This document shows positions 30,322 through 38,664 of a DNA stretch of 58,711 nt, piece by piece. Numbering within the stretch: the first letter of the stretch is position 1; each line of letters starts with the position of its first letter. This DNA comes from an uncultured virus (IMG/VR IMGVR_UViG_3300037067_001693) (taxonomy: Duplodnaviria > Heunggongvirae > Uroviricota > Caudoviricetes): the IMG/VR virus record IMGVR_UViG_3300037067_001693. One strand, given 5' to 3'. Made by a program: the position numbers and the translations under genes. Below the pieces are notes generated by a model. It searched no databases, was not told where the DNA came from, and saw only the letters and a program-made list of their open reading frames with translations.

Positions 30322-30412
30322 GCAGGGGAACAGGCAACTAAGGAGTAGCCAAGTTTGATCTTGGCAACCATTGCTGGTCTTAACCGAAGTATCCATAGTT
30401 TACGCCACCTGC
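30322..30412 (-). ncRNA. Y-RNA-like RNA 2
   Basis: GCAGG-UGGCGUA-AACUAUGGA-UACUUC...UCCUUAGUU-GCCUGUUC-CCCUGC with two internal hairpins. Confidence 0.75.
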
Positions 30413-30428
30413 TTTAAATCTTAAATAA

Positions 30429-30493
30429 TGCTGAGGAATAAACGATTACAGTATTTTTCGCCAAAGAAGTAACTGTAATCTTCGCCATCAGCA
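30429..30493 (-). ncRNA. Y-RNA-like RNA 3 (minimal)
   Basis: UGCUGA-UGGCGAA-GAUUACAGU-UACUUC...ACUGUAAUC-GUUUAUUCC-UCAGCA; contains GGCGAAG. Confidence 0.75.
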
Positions 30494-30498
30494 AGTTT

Positions 30499-30629
30499 TG
30501 GTAGATCGGGTGGGACTCGAACCCACGGTCCAAAGTTTGTTTGAAGTATCCATAACCTTCGCTACCTTTCGGAGAATAAGCGGTTAAGGTCTTTTTGGTC
30601 TTTTGCTCTACCAACTGAGCTACCGATCT
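30499..30629 (-). ncRNA. tRNA/Y-RNA chimera A (tRNA body with CCA; anticodon arm replaced by a permuted Y module)
   Basis: Acceptor AGAUCGG/CCGAUCU-A-CCA, D arm GCUC-AGUUGGUA-GAGC, T arm GUGGG-UUCGAGU-CCCAC; insert CCUUAACC-GCUUAUUCU-CC-GAAA-GG-UAGCGAA-GGUUAUGG-AUACUUC. Confidence 0.8.
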
Positions 30630-30639
30630 AAATACTGAA

Positions 30640-30764
30640 GAAAGTGGACAGGAATCGAACCTGCGTCTCGTCATCCTAATTGAAGTAACCCTATTCTGCG
30701 CCACCTTTCGGGGAAAAGTCGAATAAGGAAATTTTCGCGTGCTAACCACTACACCACCACTTTC
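30640..30764 (-). ncRNA. tRNA/Y-RNA chimera B
   Basis: Acceptor AAAGUGG/CCACUUU, D arm GUGU-AGUGGUUA-GCAC, T arm GCAGG-UUCGAUU-CCUGU; insert CCUUAUUC-GACUUUUCC-CC-GAAA-GG-UGGCGCA-GAAUAGGG-UUACUUC; no encoded CCA. Confidence 0.78.
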
Positions 30765-30766
30765 AT

Positions 30767-31021
30767 TTATTTCAAGTTAAAATACTTCGTTTTTGACAGA
30801 CTTTCGTTATCCTTCCAATCTCCCAAGATCTTTCCAAGCACCACAATAATTGCCTGAAGAGCTTCCTTTTCGTGAGAAAGTATGGAAGCCTTATCTGCTA
30901 CCATCCTACTAAGGGAGGTCATTGCACTGATCTGACCTTTAGCAGTGTTACGTTCTCTTGCCCATCTTTGGGCTTTGGTTAAGGTAAGTTTAGCCATTAT
31001 TCTTCCTTTAAAACATCCCAA
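30767..31021 (-). CDS. hypothetical protein
   Basis: Probable start MAKLTLTK; immediately upstream of the RNA array. Confidence 0.5.
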   Translation of the reverse strand: MGCFKGRIMAKLTLTKAQRWARERNTAKGQISAMTSLSRMVADKASILSHEKEALQAIIVVLGKILGDWKDNESLSKTKYFNLK

Positions 31022-31935
31022 TGACTTACATGAAATCCTTCTGTGATAACGTCATCAAGTTTTCCACCCTGATCACAGAGTTTAGTGTACGTACAAGGTC
31101 CGTATTGATAGCACGAGTCAAAATTAACTGGCCATTTGTTTGCGTCAATGCTTGTTGTGATGTCAAGTGCAGTATCAAGAAAAGACTTTTTCCACTCAAC
31201 TAAATCCTTGTCATTATATATCTGAGGAATTCTTCCAAAGTCCGTAGTTACATCTCCATACTCTCCGGTCTTCTTATTTTTGTAAGCACTAACATAAGCA
31301 AGTCCAACCAAACACCCTTCTGCAGGAAACTCCAAAGCATGCTTTCCAGCATAGGAATACCCAATTAACTGCCCTGACCTGTTAAGTCTCGATGCTTGCA
31401 TTGAAAGATTCTGACTTGTGGTCTTAAAGTCAAGAATCCAATTAGCAAAGTTCATTTCTACTTGAAGATCAAGGCGACCAGTAAAGTACAGTGCAGAATG
31501 ATCTCCCCTATCCATAATGTAGTACAGTATCTGCTCTTCGTCATCATTATCAGGTTTGATTTCTAATTTGAACTTAGCTTCAGTATTGATTATCTTAATG
31601 TATTCTTCATCTTTCTGATAAAAGGAAAGATAATGAAGAAGGGCTGTACAAGCAGCATCAAAGGTACGATAATCAGGAAGAAAAGTTTTCTTTGTTGTTT
31701 CCTCATCCCACTTCTTCTTACCAAGCTCAAGAGCAGCTGAGATTGCGAGCTCTTTATCAGCCCAACCATTCTCTTTGATATATTTATAATAGCCCTCAAG
31801 TATTCCGTGCCACGTTACTCCGTAGCGTATTGCACTTGATCCAAAGTTTGACTGAAGTCCTCTGATATGCTGCCAGTAATATTTGCGCTTACATGTTCTA
31901 AAACAAGATGCTTTTGTATTGTCAAGTTCGGGCAT
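30997..31935 (-). CDS. PD-(D/E)XK nuclease (Cas4/RecB-like exonuclease)
   Basis: FRTCKRKYYW, GVTWHGILE, TGRLD, ILDFKTT, QLIGY, C-terminal CYQYGPCTYTKLC; start MPELDN after GGAGG. Confidence 0.85.
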   Translation of the reverse strand: MPELDNTKASCFRTCKRKYYWQHIRGLQSNFGSSAIRYGVTWHGILEGYYKYIKENGWADKELAISAALELGKKKWDEETTKKTFLPDYRTFDAACTALLHYLSFYQKDEEYIKIINTEAKFKLEIKPDNDDEEQILYYIMDRGDHSALYFTGRLDLQVEMNFANWILDFKTTSQNLSMQASRLNRSGQLIGYSYAGKHALEFPAEGCLVGLAYVSAYKNKKTGEYGDVTTDFGRIPQIYNDKDLVEWKKSFLDTALDITTSIDANKWPVNFDSCYQYGPCTYTKLCDQGGKLDDVITEGFHVSHWDVLKEE

Positions 31936-32621
31936 TAGTTTACCTCCTTTATCGTGTAACCAAAGGGAACCATCCCCGCTATGATGTCTTCCCAATGGGA
32001 ATAAACTCTTGATCCTTTGGTTATCGGCGCATAAGGTTCGGTTGGTGCGAAATCAAAGCCACTGTCTCGTTTTTCGTAGTACGTATTCCATTCGTCGCCC
32101 GTCCCGCAGTCAAGGTGGTCATAATATTCTTTCCTCTCGTGATAGTCGGGATGTTTTTCAATGAAGGCAGTTATATCTTTGTCGTACTGTTCCTTGGCAA
32201 TCAGGTATTCTGCGTATTTCTGGTCAGCATCTTCAATATTACGATGAGCCTCTTTTGTAATAGCGTCCCATATATTCGGTGAAATTGTCTTTTGGTACTG
32301 GTCTGAATATTGCGGGTAGAGGAAATTATCGAAGTCAACGATTCTCAACCCGCACTTATTGTGAGAATAATTCCAGTTGCGTATAAATTCCCACATTACC
32401 GCCCCGGCCTGAAATCCGGTTATTCCTCCCTGCTTTGATTTGTTCATCCCCCCTGCTGCTGCTATCGAACCTGCGGCCAAGGCGTGACAAATTGTTCCGT
32501 AGTCGTGACCGTAATCATTCAAGAGGCGATTCAAGAACCCTGGCAATTCTTCCAAGGTGACTTTCTTAGCATCCTCGTACCATTGCTTATGAACTCCGTC
32601 ACTCTCATTAATTTGTACCAT
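31935..32621 (-). CDS. hypothetical protein
   Basis: 228 aa; HDYGTICHA, GGITGFQAG motifs. Confidence 0.6.
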   Translation of the reverse strand: MVQINESDGVHKQWYEDAKKVTLEELPGFLNRLLNDYGHDYGTICHALAAGSIAAAGGMNKSKQGGITGFQAGAVMWEFIRNWNYSHNKCGLRIVDFDNFLYPQYSDQYQKTISPNIWDAITKEAHRNIEDADQKYAEYLIAKEQYDKDITAFIEKHPDYHERKEYYDHLDCGTGDEWNTYYEKRDSGFDFAPTEPYAPITKGSRVYSHWEDIIAGMVPFGYTIKEVN

Positions 32622-32833
32622 TAAGACACCTCCGGTCCAATAGCCTCTGGCGTTATTTCTTCTCTGTTGAGTTGCATAATTACTTCACCAATTGACTTAC
32701 AATCACCAGACCAGCCTTTGCCTTCTACATAACCACATAAATCATACTTATAAGGATTTTTTTCGTACCTTAATACGATGTATTGATCTGTAAATTCTTC
32801 TTGTAATTTCTGGAAAGCTTCATCGAAGGTCAT
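32621..32833 (-). CDS. hypothetical protein
   Basis: 70 aa, AGGTG RBS, TAATG coupling. Confidence 0.5.
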   Translation of the reverse strand: MTFDEAFQKLQEEFTDQYIVLRYEKNPYKYDLCGYVEGKGWSGDCKSIGEVIMQLNREEITPEAIGPEVS

Positions 32834-32877
32834 GATTTATTTCACCTTTCTTTTTAGACTTGTGCGGATATTATACC

Positions 32878-33014
32878 AGTTATACTATTAAAGCAGGGGG
32901 TGTGATAGGATTCGATACCTATATGATACATTTCTCTAGCGCTAAGCTGTATCCACTCTACTGGAGATGCGCGTCTTTATTCTTACGCCACGCCACCCCT
33001 TTAATAGTATAACT
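32878..33014 (-). ncRNA. tRNA-like RNA enclosed by a 16-bp perfect inverted repeat
   Basis: AGTTATACTATTAAAG/CTTTAATAGTATAACT; inside: GGGGUG/CACCCC, GCGU..ACGC D-like arm, GAUACA/UGUAUC long arm, AUAGG-UAUCGAAU-CCUAU T-like arm. Confidence 0.55.
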
Positions 33015-33089
33015 AAAGGAAAGGGAAAGGGAATCAAGGAGGATAAGGAGGTAGGCCGAAACCTCCAAGATTCCCTCTCCAGGCCATAA

Positions 33090-33485
33090 TTAGATCAGGC
33101 CCAGCTTTTTCATCAGAGGCTCAGCAAGAGCTCGTTCCTTTTCAGACAGACCAGCGAACTTATCAAGCAGGGACTTTTTGGTAATCTTCTCACCAGCCGG
33201 GGACTTTGTGGTCCAATCACCCTTGGCAAGAGCTTCGGCAGTCTTCTGGATGTACTCAGCAGCCTCAGCAGCTGATTCGCAACCTGCAGCGGAATCGCCC
33301 AATTTCTGGCTGAAGCCATGGAGCATAGCTTGATGTTTGATAGCATCAGAATAGGTATTGATGTCAAACTTCATAACCTTATCACCAGCCGTGATGACAA
33401 GTACATCACCTTCGAAGGTTTTGGAAATCTTTTTAACCCTAGTCGCTTTTACAACGGGTGCTACAACAGCTCCTTCTTCACTCAT
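33090..33485 (-). CDS. hypothetical protein
   Basis: 131 aa, AAGGAG RBS, followed by a GC hairpin. Confidence 0.65.
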   Translation of the reverse strand: MSEEGAVVAPVVKATRVKKISKTFEGDVLVITAGDKVMKFDINTYSDAIKHQAMLHGFSQKLGDSAAGCESAAEAAEYIQKTAEALAKGDWTTKSPAGEKITKKSLLDKFAGLSEKERALAEPLMKKLGLI

Positions 33486-33520
33486 TTTGTTCTCCTTTAT
33501 TTGTAGTTAAGATTTGTTCA

Positions 33521-33790
33521 TTAAATGGACGGTCCTTTGTCATTTAAATCAAGTTCTGGCTGAATGTCTTCAGCCCCCATTTCGCCTAAACTAAGTCCCT
33601 CCCTTCTCTGTATTTTTATGTATTCACTTAGTACGTCTGCAATCAGACTCCTAATGTTTACTCCTTTCCTCACAGCATCCATCTTGAGCAGCTTATACTC
33701 ATTAGGATCAAGTGAAGCATTAAATCTTGTTTTTTCCATCAGAAGCTCCTTTTGCATTTTTGTCCAACCTGTATCAATTGTTATAAACAT
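33521..33790 (-). CDS. putative ribbon-helix-helix DNA-binding protein
   Basis: TRFNASLDPNEYKLLKMDAVRKGVNIRSLIADVLSEYI CopG/Arc-like pattern; true start probably downstream of 33790. Confidence 0.6.
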   Translation of the reverse strand: MFITIDTGWTKMQKELLMEKTRFNASLDPNEYKLLKMDAVRKGVNIRSLIADVLSEYIKIQRREGLSLGEMGAEDIQPELDLNDKGPSI

Positions 33791-33817
33791 GATACATCAA
33801 ATGTTTTTAGAAGTCAA
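33789..33817 (-). promoter_or_regulatory. sigma70-type promoter
   Basis: TTGACT-17bp-TATCAT on the minus strand. Confidence 0.55.
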
Positions 33818-33853
33818 GAAAAAGTTTTCGAGAAACACAATTATTTTTTGTCT

Positions 33854-34636
33854 TTAATCCCTTCTCATCATCGCTTCAAGTTCATTAATTTCTTCCTTTG
33901 TCAGTTCCTCTCTGGCTTCCATCCTCTTGATAAACTGAATAAGCCTCATTCTGTAATCATCAGATCGTCCTTCCCAATCTAAGAACAGTCCGAGAACCTG
34001 AGTAAGGGGAAGCCAGTATCCTTTTCCTGCATACTTAACGCATCGGAGTGTTGAGGACACGGGGCAGTGGATGTTCTTTATTCGCAGCACCTTAGCTTCC
34101 TCATCATGCATAAAGTCAGCATCAACCAGCACTGTGTTAGGTCCAGTTATAGCTGCACGAACTACAGTAAAGTCGAAACTAGATAGAATCTCTTCCATTG
34201 AGCCCATTGTAACTACTCTTCCTTCTTTCACAGGTTTAATTAACTGGATACCTGGTACATGCCTGAACTTACCTTTCTTCGTAATCTTGTATGTGATAGC
34301 AAGTTCGTTCTCGTGTCTGATTTCAAGTTCTTCTTTTTCAAACATTTGTCTGGCTTTTGTAAAGTCAGCATCAGTTGGGCAGTACACATCAACGTCTCCA
34401 GGAAGATTCTTCTTGTCTACCCGAGGAGAAGCACACCATCTGGCATAGCCCCCACAGATAAAGCACTCTGTTCCTGCACTCTCCAGTCCATGAAACAATC
34501 TACTAATAGCATCAAATCCTCTCAGTAGTTCTACAGTAACAAAGCCTTCTTGAGAATAGTACCTTGGCTCTTTCTCCTTTTCTTTCTGTTCTTTCTTAGT
34601 CATGTTCGGGTTTGTATCGAGGTGCTTTGTGTCCAT
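33854..34636 (-). CDS. Pol-beta superfamily nucleotidyltransferase (poly(A) polymerase/CCA-adding head-like)
   Basis: FICGGYAR, GDVDVY (DxD), SFDFTV, R..KY..KGY. Confidence 0.7.
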   Translation of the reverse strand: MDTKHLDTNPNMTKKEQKEKEKEPRYYSQEGFVTVELLRGFDAISRLFHGLESAGTECFICGGYARWCASPRVDKKNLPGDVDVYCPTDADFTKARQMFEKEELEIRHENELAITYKITKKGKFRHVPGIQLIKPVKEGRVVTMGSMEEILSSFDFTVVRAAITGPNTVLVDADFMHDEEAKVLRIKNIHCPVSSTLRCVKYAGKGYWLPLTQVLGLFLDWEGRSDDYRMRLIQFIKRMEAREELTKEEINELEAMMRRD

Positions 34637-34654
34637 TTTAGTCTCCTTTGTTAA

Positions 34655-35074
34655 TTACACAGTAAAGAATTCCTTCTCTTCTGCCTCAGTCAATCCTTCC
34701 AAATTATCTTCAATCTGTTCCTTCTTATATCCGTCCTTAAGCATCAAAGTAATCATCCTTCTTCTTTGAGGATCAATCACAACCTCTTGATATGTTCCAT
34801 CAACGTCCTTGATTAATCCCTTTAAAGTAGCCCGATCTTTCCTCTGCACTACTACCCAAAAACGAGAGTCCTTTCGCGTCTTGAAGATATTAAGTTGAGA
34901 TGCGTGAATTGCTTCAGCCATCGCGTAACCAACTTTCTCTTCTTCCAATTCATTGGCGAACGCAGTTTGCTCTTTCTTACTCAGAACTTGGATCATTAAA
35001 GATTGTCCAATCTCTAATTTAACTGCCTCTGCGAACCATGATTCTGACATACTACTCATTAGTTTCCTCACCAC
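34655..35074 (-). CDS. hypothetical protein, paralog of 44503..44874
   Basis: C-terminal RRMITLMLKDGYKKEQI helix-turn-helix-like segment. Confidence 0.55.
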   Translation of the reverse strand: MVRKLMSSMSESWFAEAVKLEIGQSLMIQVLSKKEQTAFANELEEEKVGYAMAEAIHASQLNIFKTRKDSRFWVVVQRKDRATLKGLIKDVDGTYQEVVIDPQRRRMITLMLKDGYKKEQIEDNLEGLTEAEEKEFFTV

Positions 35075-35390
35075 ACATAGAATTCATTTCTTGCACACTA
35101 GTTATTACTGCTTGATTAAACTCTTCTAGTGATTTATTTTGGTGTTTTAAGCTTGCATACACCATTTCTTTCCACCAGTCCGCACATGTATCTAGACTAC
35201 CGCAACAAGCAGTATTTGCTATTAGTGCCCACATAGGATGTGAGTTAGCTTCTAAGCACTCTTTGCAGTATACACATGATATTGGAACTCCTGGGACACA
35301 GCATACACCTATGGCTATGTTGGTATTGCAAGACTCACAAATTAGTATAGGTTTTTCCGGCATAAGTTTCTCCTCACATTGCTGAAACAA
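35052..35390 (-). CDS. Cys-rich hypothetical protein
   Basis: CESC...GVPISCVYCKEC. Confidence 0.5.
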   Translation of the reverse strand: MFQQCEEKLMPEKPILICESCNTNIAIGVCCVPGVPISCVYCKECLEANSHPMWALIANTACCGSLDTCADWWKEMVYASLKHQNKSLEEFNQAVITSVQEMNSMCGEETNE

Positions 35391-35757
35391 CAGTTAAATA
35401 CAAATGGACTAAATCCTCTTTACTCTTTGTGAGTAGAAATTCTTTGCAGCATCCACAAGCCGCGCAAGACCTTCTGCTAGTAGAGTCAATTACAATCCCA
35501 ACTTCAGTTGTTCTAACAGATACCAGACCTGTGCCGTCAAGGGATGGAAGCATTTTAAACACTACTTCTGTAGTGACTTCGCAGGTCTTGCATGAATAAA
35601 TCACTTTTAAGTTATAAGGTTTAAGTTTATTTGACGGCCTGAGTTCCTGTTTTGGAGCCAATCTGTCTCGACGTTTAGGTGGGTCCAGTTTACCTATTAA
35701 GGCCTCTAATAACGCTTGTTCCTCATCAGACAAAAGGGACATATCAAGATCTTTCAA
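35374..35757 (-). CDS. zinc-binding hypothetical protein
   Basis: CKTC...CGCC; GGAGG RBS. Confidence 0.5.
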   Translation of the reverse strand: MKDLDMSLLSDEEQALLEALIGKLDPPKRRDRLAPKQELRPSNKLKPYNLKVIYSCKTCEVTTEVVFKMLPSLDGTGLVSVRTTEVGIVIDSTSRRSCAACGCCKEFLLTKSKEDLVHLYLTVVSAM

Positions 35758-35891
35758 TGGCTGCTACCTCCTTAGATTATGTGAGCAAGGGCAAATAATG
35801 TCAAAAATACTATCAAAATATACACAGTGTCAAAGATTAGCTTCCTGATTTCTTTGTTCATTTTAGTATATCTCCTAGTGAGTTCGTTAAA

Positions 35892-36140
35892 CTATTGAAG
35901 CATGTAGGTAGGTTTATCAAAATTTGGAGATTCAAATACTTCAATTAACATTCCAATACTTTCATGTAGTGTTTCTTGGTAAGCATCTACGACTAAAGAA
36001 AAGGTAGTTCCACTGTTTCCTTTTTCATTTTTGATGTCCTTGCATGTAACTATTATAACCTCCGAATATCCCGCAGCATTTAACAGATTCTTTGCTTCAT
36101 CCAGTACTTTCTCTGCGGCATCTTCATCTTCTTTTGTCAT
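35892..36140 (-). CDS. hypothetical protein
   Basis: 82 aa, ATGA overlap. Confidence 0.5.
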   Translation of the reverse strand: MTKEDEDAAEKVLDEAKNLLNAAGYSEVIIVTCKDIKNEKGNSGTTFSLVVDAYQETLHESIGMLIEVFESPNFDKPTYMLQ

Positions 36141-36370
36141 CTTTCAATTCCCTCCTTATCCAAATAAGGTTTAATTCTGAAATGATTTAGGCAAGACACT
36201 GCCCTTCCCATCTGACCTTTGTCGTAGTATCCTTTAAACTTCTCAAAAGCATATTCTGACGACAAAGGATAGACATACTCTTTTCCGTTAAGTTCAACAG
36301 TGATCTCCCATACTCCAAAAAAGTCAAGGGAGGTACCTATCAGGAGCAACTTAGGTTGTGGTCTCTTCAT
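36137..36370 (-). CDS. hypothetical protein
   Basis: 77 aa, tight packing. Confidence 0.5.
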   Translation of the reverse strand: MKRPQPKLLLIGTSLDFFGVWEITVELNGKEYVYPLSSEYAFEKFKGYYDKGQMGRAVSCLNHFRIKPYLDKEGIER

Positions 36371-36554
36371 CTTTCAATCCTTTCTCAGTTCTCCTTTTAA
36401 GTATTTGCTTAGCGTTGTGTACCTCATGCCACCGATAATTTGCCTCGTCGTTGGTACACTTACGATAAGTTAGAGTTGCTGCTCTTTTAACTAATTCTTT
36501 AATTCTCTTCGTTACCATGTTTAAGTTCCGTCCAATTATTGGTCAATCCTTAAC

Positions 36555-36887
36555 TCAAGTTTCAAAGTCTGCAATTATAACAGCTCTTCCTTTCGCAGGT
36601 AGTGAGGTTTGGGCACTCTTCCTTTTCACTGGTATCTTCTTCATAGGCAGGGCCACCGGGGAGTTTGTCTTGTTCAAATTCATATTGTTTTTCGCTGTCA
36701 GTTTTTCTACTACTTCGGCAATACATAACATAAACCTCTTTTTAAATCTTCCTGTTGAAGTAATTGATTGTTTTGTATTTTCTTTATTACTACTACCCGA
36801 AGTAAATCGCATATACACTGTTTTTTCACGATACTGATATTGATCAAACTTCCAAAGCTTAACTAAATAGCTCATTTTATCCTCCAT
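36555..36887 (-). CDS. hypothetical basic protein
   Basis: 110 aa ORF. Confidence 0.45.
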   Translation of the reverse strand: MEDKMSYLVKLWKFDQYQYREKTVYMRFTSGSSNKENTKQSITSTGRFKKRFMLCIAEVVEKLTAKNNMNLNKTNSPVALPMKKIPVKRKSAQTSLPAKGRAVIIADFET

Positions 36888-37186
36888 ATCTCAGCAATAG
36901 CAAATCCAGTTGGTACGATCTTTCCAGTCTCCTCGAACCAGCCTGTTGCCAGTGCATCATTAGCAACCTGCTCATTTTCACTCCACCTCTTAATGAGTAC
37001 TTCATCAGGTTCCAGTTTAACTCCAGGAATATTACAGGTTAAGGTAGCAAAGGGCTCTAAGTTAGCAAGTTCAATAAGTCGGATTACTGTTGCTTTCCCG
37101 TCTAAGTACTTGTCAACGTAAATAAATACTTCGTATCTCTTTCCCCATGCATTAACCTTAAATCTTTTACCTTCAAGATCTTGCAT
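36872..37186 (-). CDS. DUF4313-like protein
   Basis: EPFATLTCNI...EVLIKRWSENE...TGKIVPTGF. Confidence 0.6.
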   Translation of the reverse strand: MQDLEGKRFKVNAWGKRYEVFIYVDKYLDGKATVIRLIELANLEPFATLTCNIPGVKLEPDEVLIKRWSENEQVANDALATGWFEETGKIVPTGFAIAEIWRIK

Positions 37187-37781
37187 TTAACCCTCCTTAA
37201 TAATTAGTTTCCTCTTTTCATCTGTACTTATCCTGCCTGTTTTTAGGTATTTGTCGTAATCGGATCTACAATCATTTTCATTGTTGTAAGGTCCAATTCT
37301 ACAACTTCCATCTTTAAAGTAGAAGTACCATCCATACGCTGTCTGATCAATACCTTTTGCTAGATCTATACCAGTTATCTGAGTACCTGTTTCAAGAATC
37401 GACATAGTTGGCCTCCATTCTTCAGCACATTCTGAACAGCTTCCTTACTGTTAGCTGTTGTTTTGAAGCCAAGATCACATTTAAGCTTTTCGTTCTTTCC
37501 GCCTTCAGCCTCAGTGATACGTTTGACATTTCCTTTGTCGTCGACACCATCTTCAATCGAGCGCCGAGGTACTTGGTTGTGCTGGCACGAGTCAAAACAA
37601 TAATTAAACATCTTTCTTTTCCTCCTTGAATTTAAGTAAAATACTTTCTGGCAGTTCAACACCTTTTAAGATATAAACTGCTCCGTTAACAGGACTGTAT
37701 GGTGTTCCATAGATGTACCTGTCATACTTACTACCTGTGCACGTTTCGTCTTTCTTGAGAATAGCTTCCATTTTAGTCTCC

Positions 37782-38024
37782 TTATTTAATCCCACAGTAT
37801 GACTTCAACACACCTCTGATCCTTTTAGCATCAGGGTGTCTCCAATGGCTGATGTTGTTTAAGATGTAAAGACACTGAACTCTTAACTCATCACCGGAAT
37901 ATCGCAAAGCGGCACGGCAGTAGTTAACTGCGTAGTTGAGGGAAGTGTTATAACTCTTCTCATCTTCCAGTATGTCTCTGATCGCATCAGCTACTTCGTG
38001 GTCTTGGGGCTTAGGTGTTTTCAC
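37782..38024 (-). CDS. hypothetical protein
   Basis: RVQCLYILNNISHWR motif. Confidence 0.55.
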   Translation of the reverse strand: MKTPKPQDHEVADAIRDILEDEKSYNTSLNYAVNYCRAALRYSGDELRVQCLYILNNISHWRHPDAKRIRGVLKSYCGIK

Positions 38025-38664
38025 TCTACCACCTTATTCCTTTCTTCCCGCACGGCCAGCTTCAAATTATGTCGCCGTACAAGTCTGGAGACAGCGGGCA
38101 TATCAGTAGCAATACCCAACTTCCTGGCCCTCTCAATAAGGGAGTCTGTCTTAATCAAAGGCATCTTTCCATTCCTGCGTTTTCTGATGACTTCATCATC
38201 AGCATCTTGAATTGCTTTTCTCCACACTTTTATCATTTTATTACCTCCTCTTTTGTAGGTTTAAGATTCGTCCAATTGTTGGACAAACCTTTGTGTTGTT
38301 TAGCAGAGTGAAGATGTTATCATGCTTTCTTCCTACTCAAGCGTAACCACCCAAATAGACCTGCCCACTGTGAGGCAGCTTCAACGAATCCACGAGGGTC
38401 TATTAGTAGTACCACTCTTTCGTTGCCACATTCTTTTTCACGTGTTTGCGCGCACACTGATCAATACAAGGTAGCATTAGGATGGCAACTCCATTCACAT
38501 CTTCACTCTTTCAAAGAACACAATTTATCTCAAACCTCTAATAGCAGCAAACCTCATTATCTGTCTTTTATCATACTGCTTTGTAATCTTCTCAAGCAGT
38601 CTGATGAACCTTATTCTCTTGCTGCTAGCTTTAAGTTTTGCTTGTCCCATATCGTAAATCTCCA

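Noticed and set aside
30414..30749. 111-aa minus-strand ORF over the RNA array
   Set aside because: It runs through tRNA arms and Y-like stems, lacks an RBS and looks non-protein-like; the RNA structure explains the region better.
30155..30764. CRISPR array next to a Cas4-like nuclease
   Set aside because: Units share only short motifs with covarying stems rather than identical repeats with spacers; the PD-(D/E)XK protein fits the phage recombination module.
30499..30764. Intron-containing tRNA genes
   Set aside because: The inserts are far too short for group I/II introns, show no clear bulge-helix-bulge, and match the neighbouring Y-like module; no standard anticodon arm is evident after removal.
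32896..32920. tmRNA 5' end on the plus strand (GGGGGTGTGATAGGATTCGA)
   Set aside because: No matching tmRNA 3' end or tag ORF; it is the reverse complement of a T-arm/acceptor of the minus-strand tRNA-like element.
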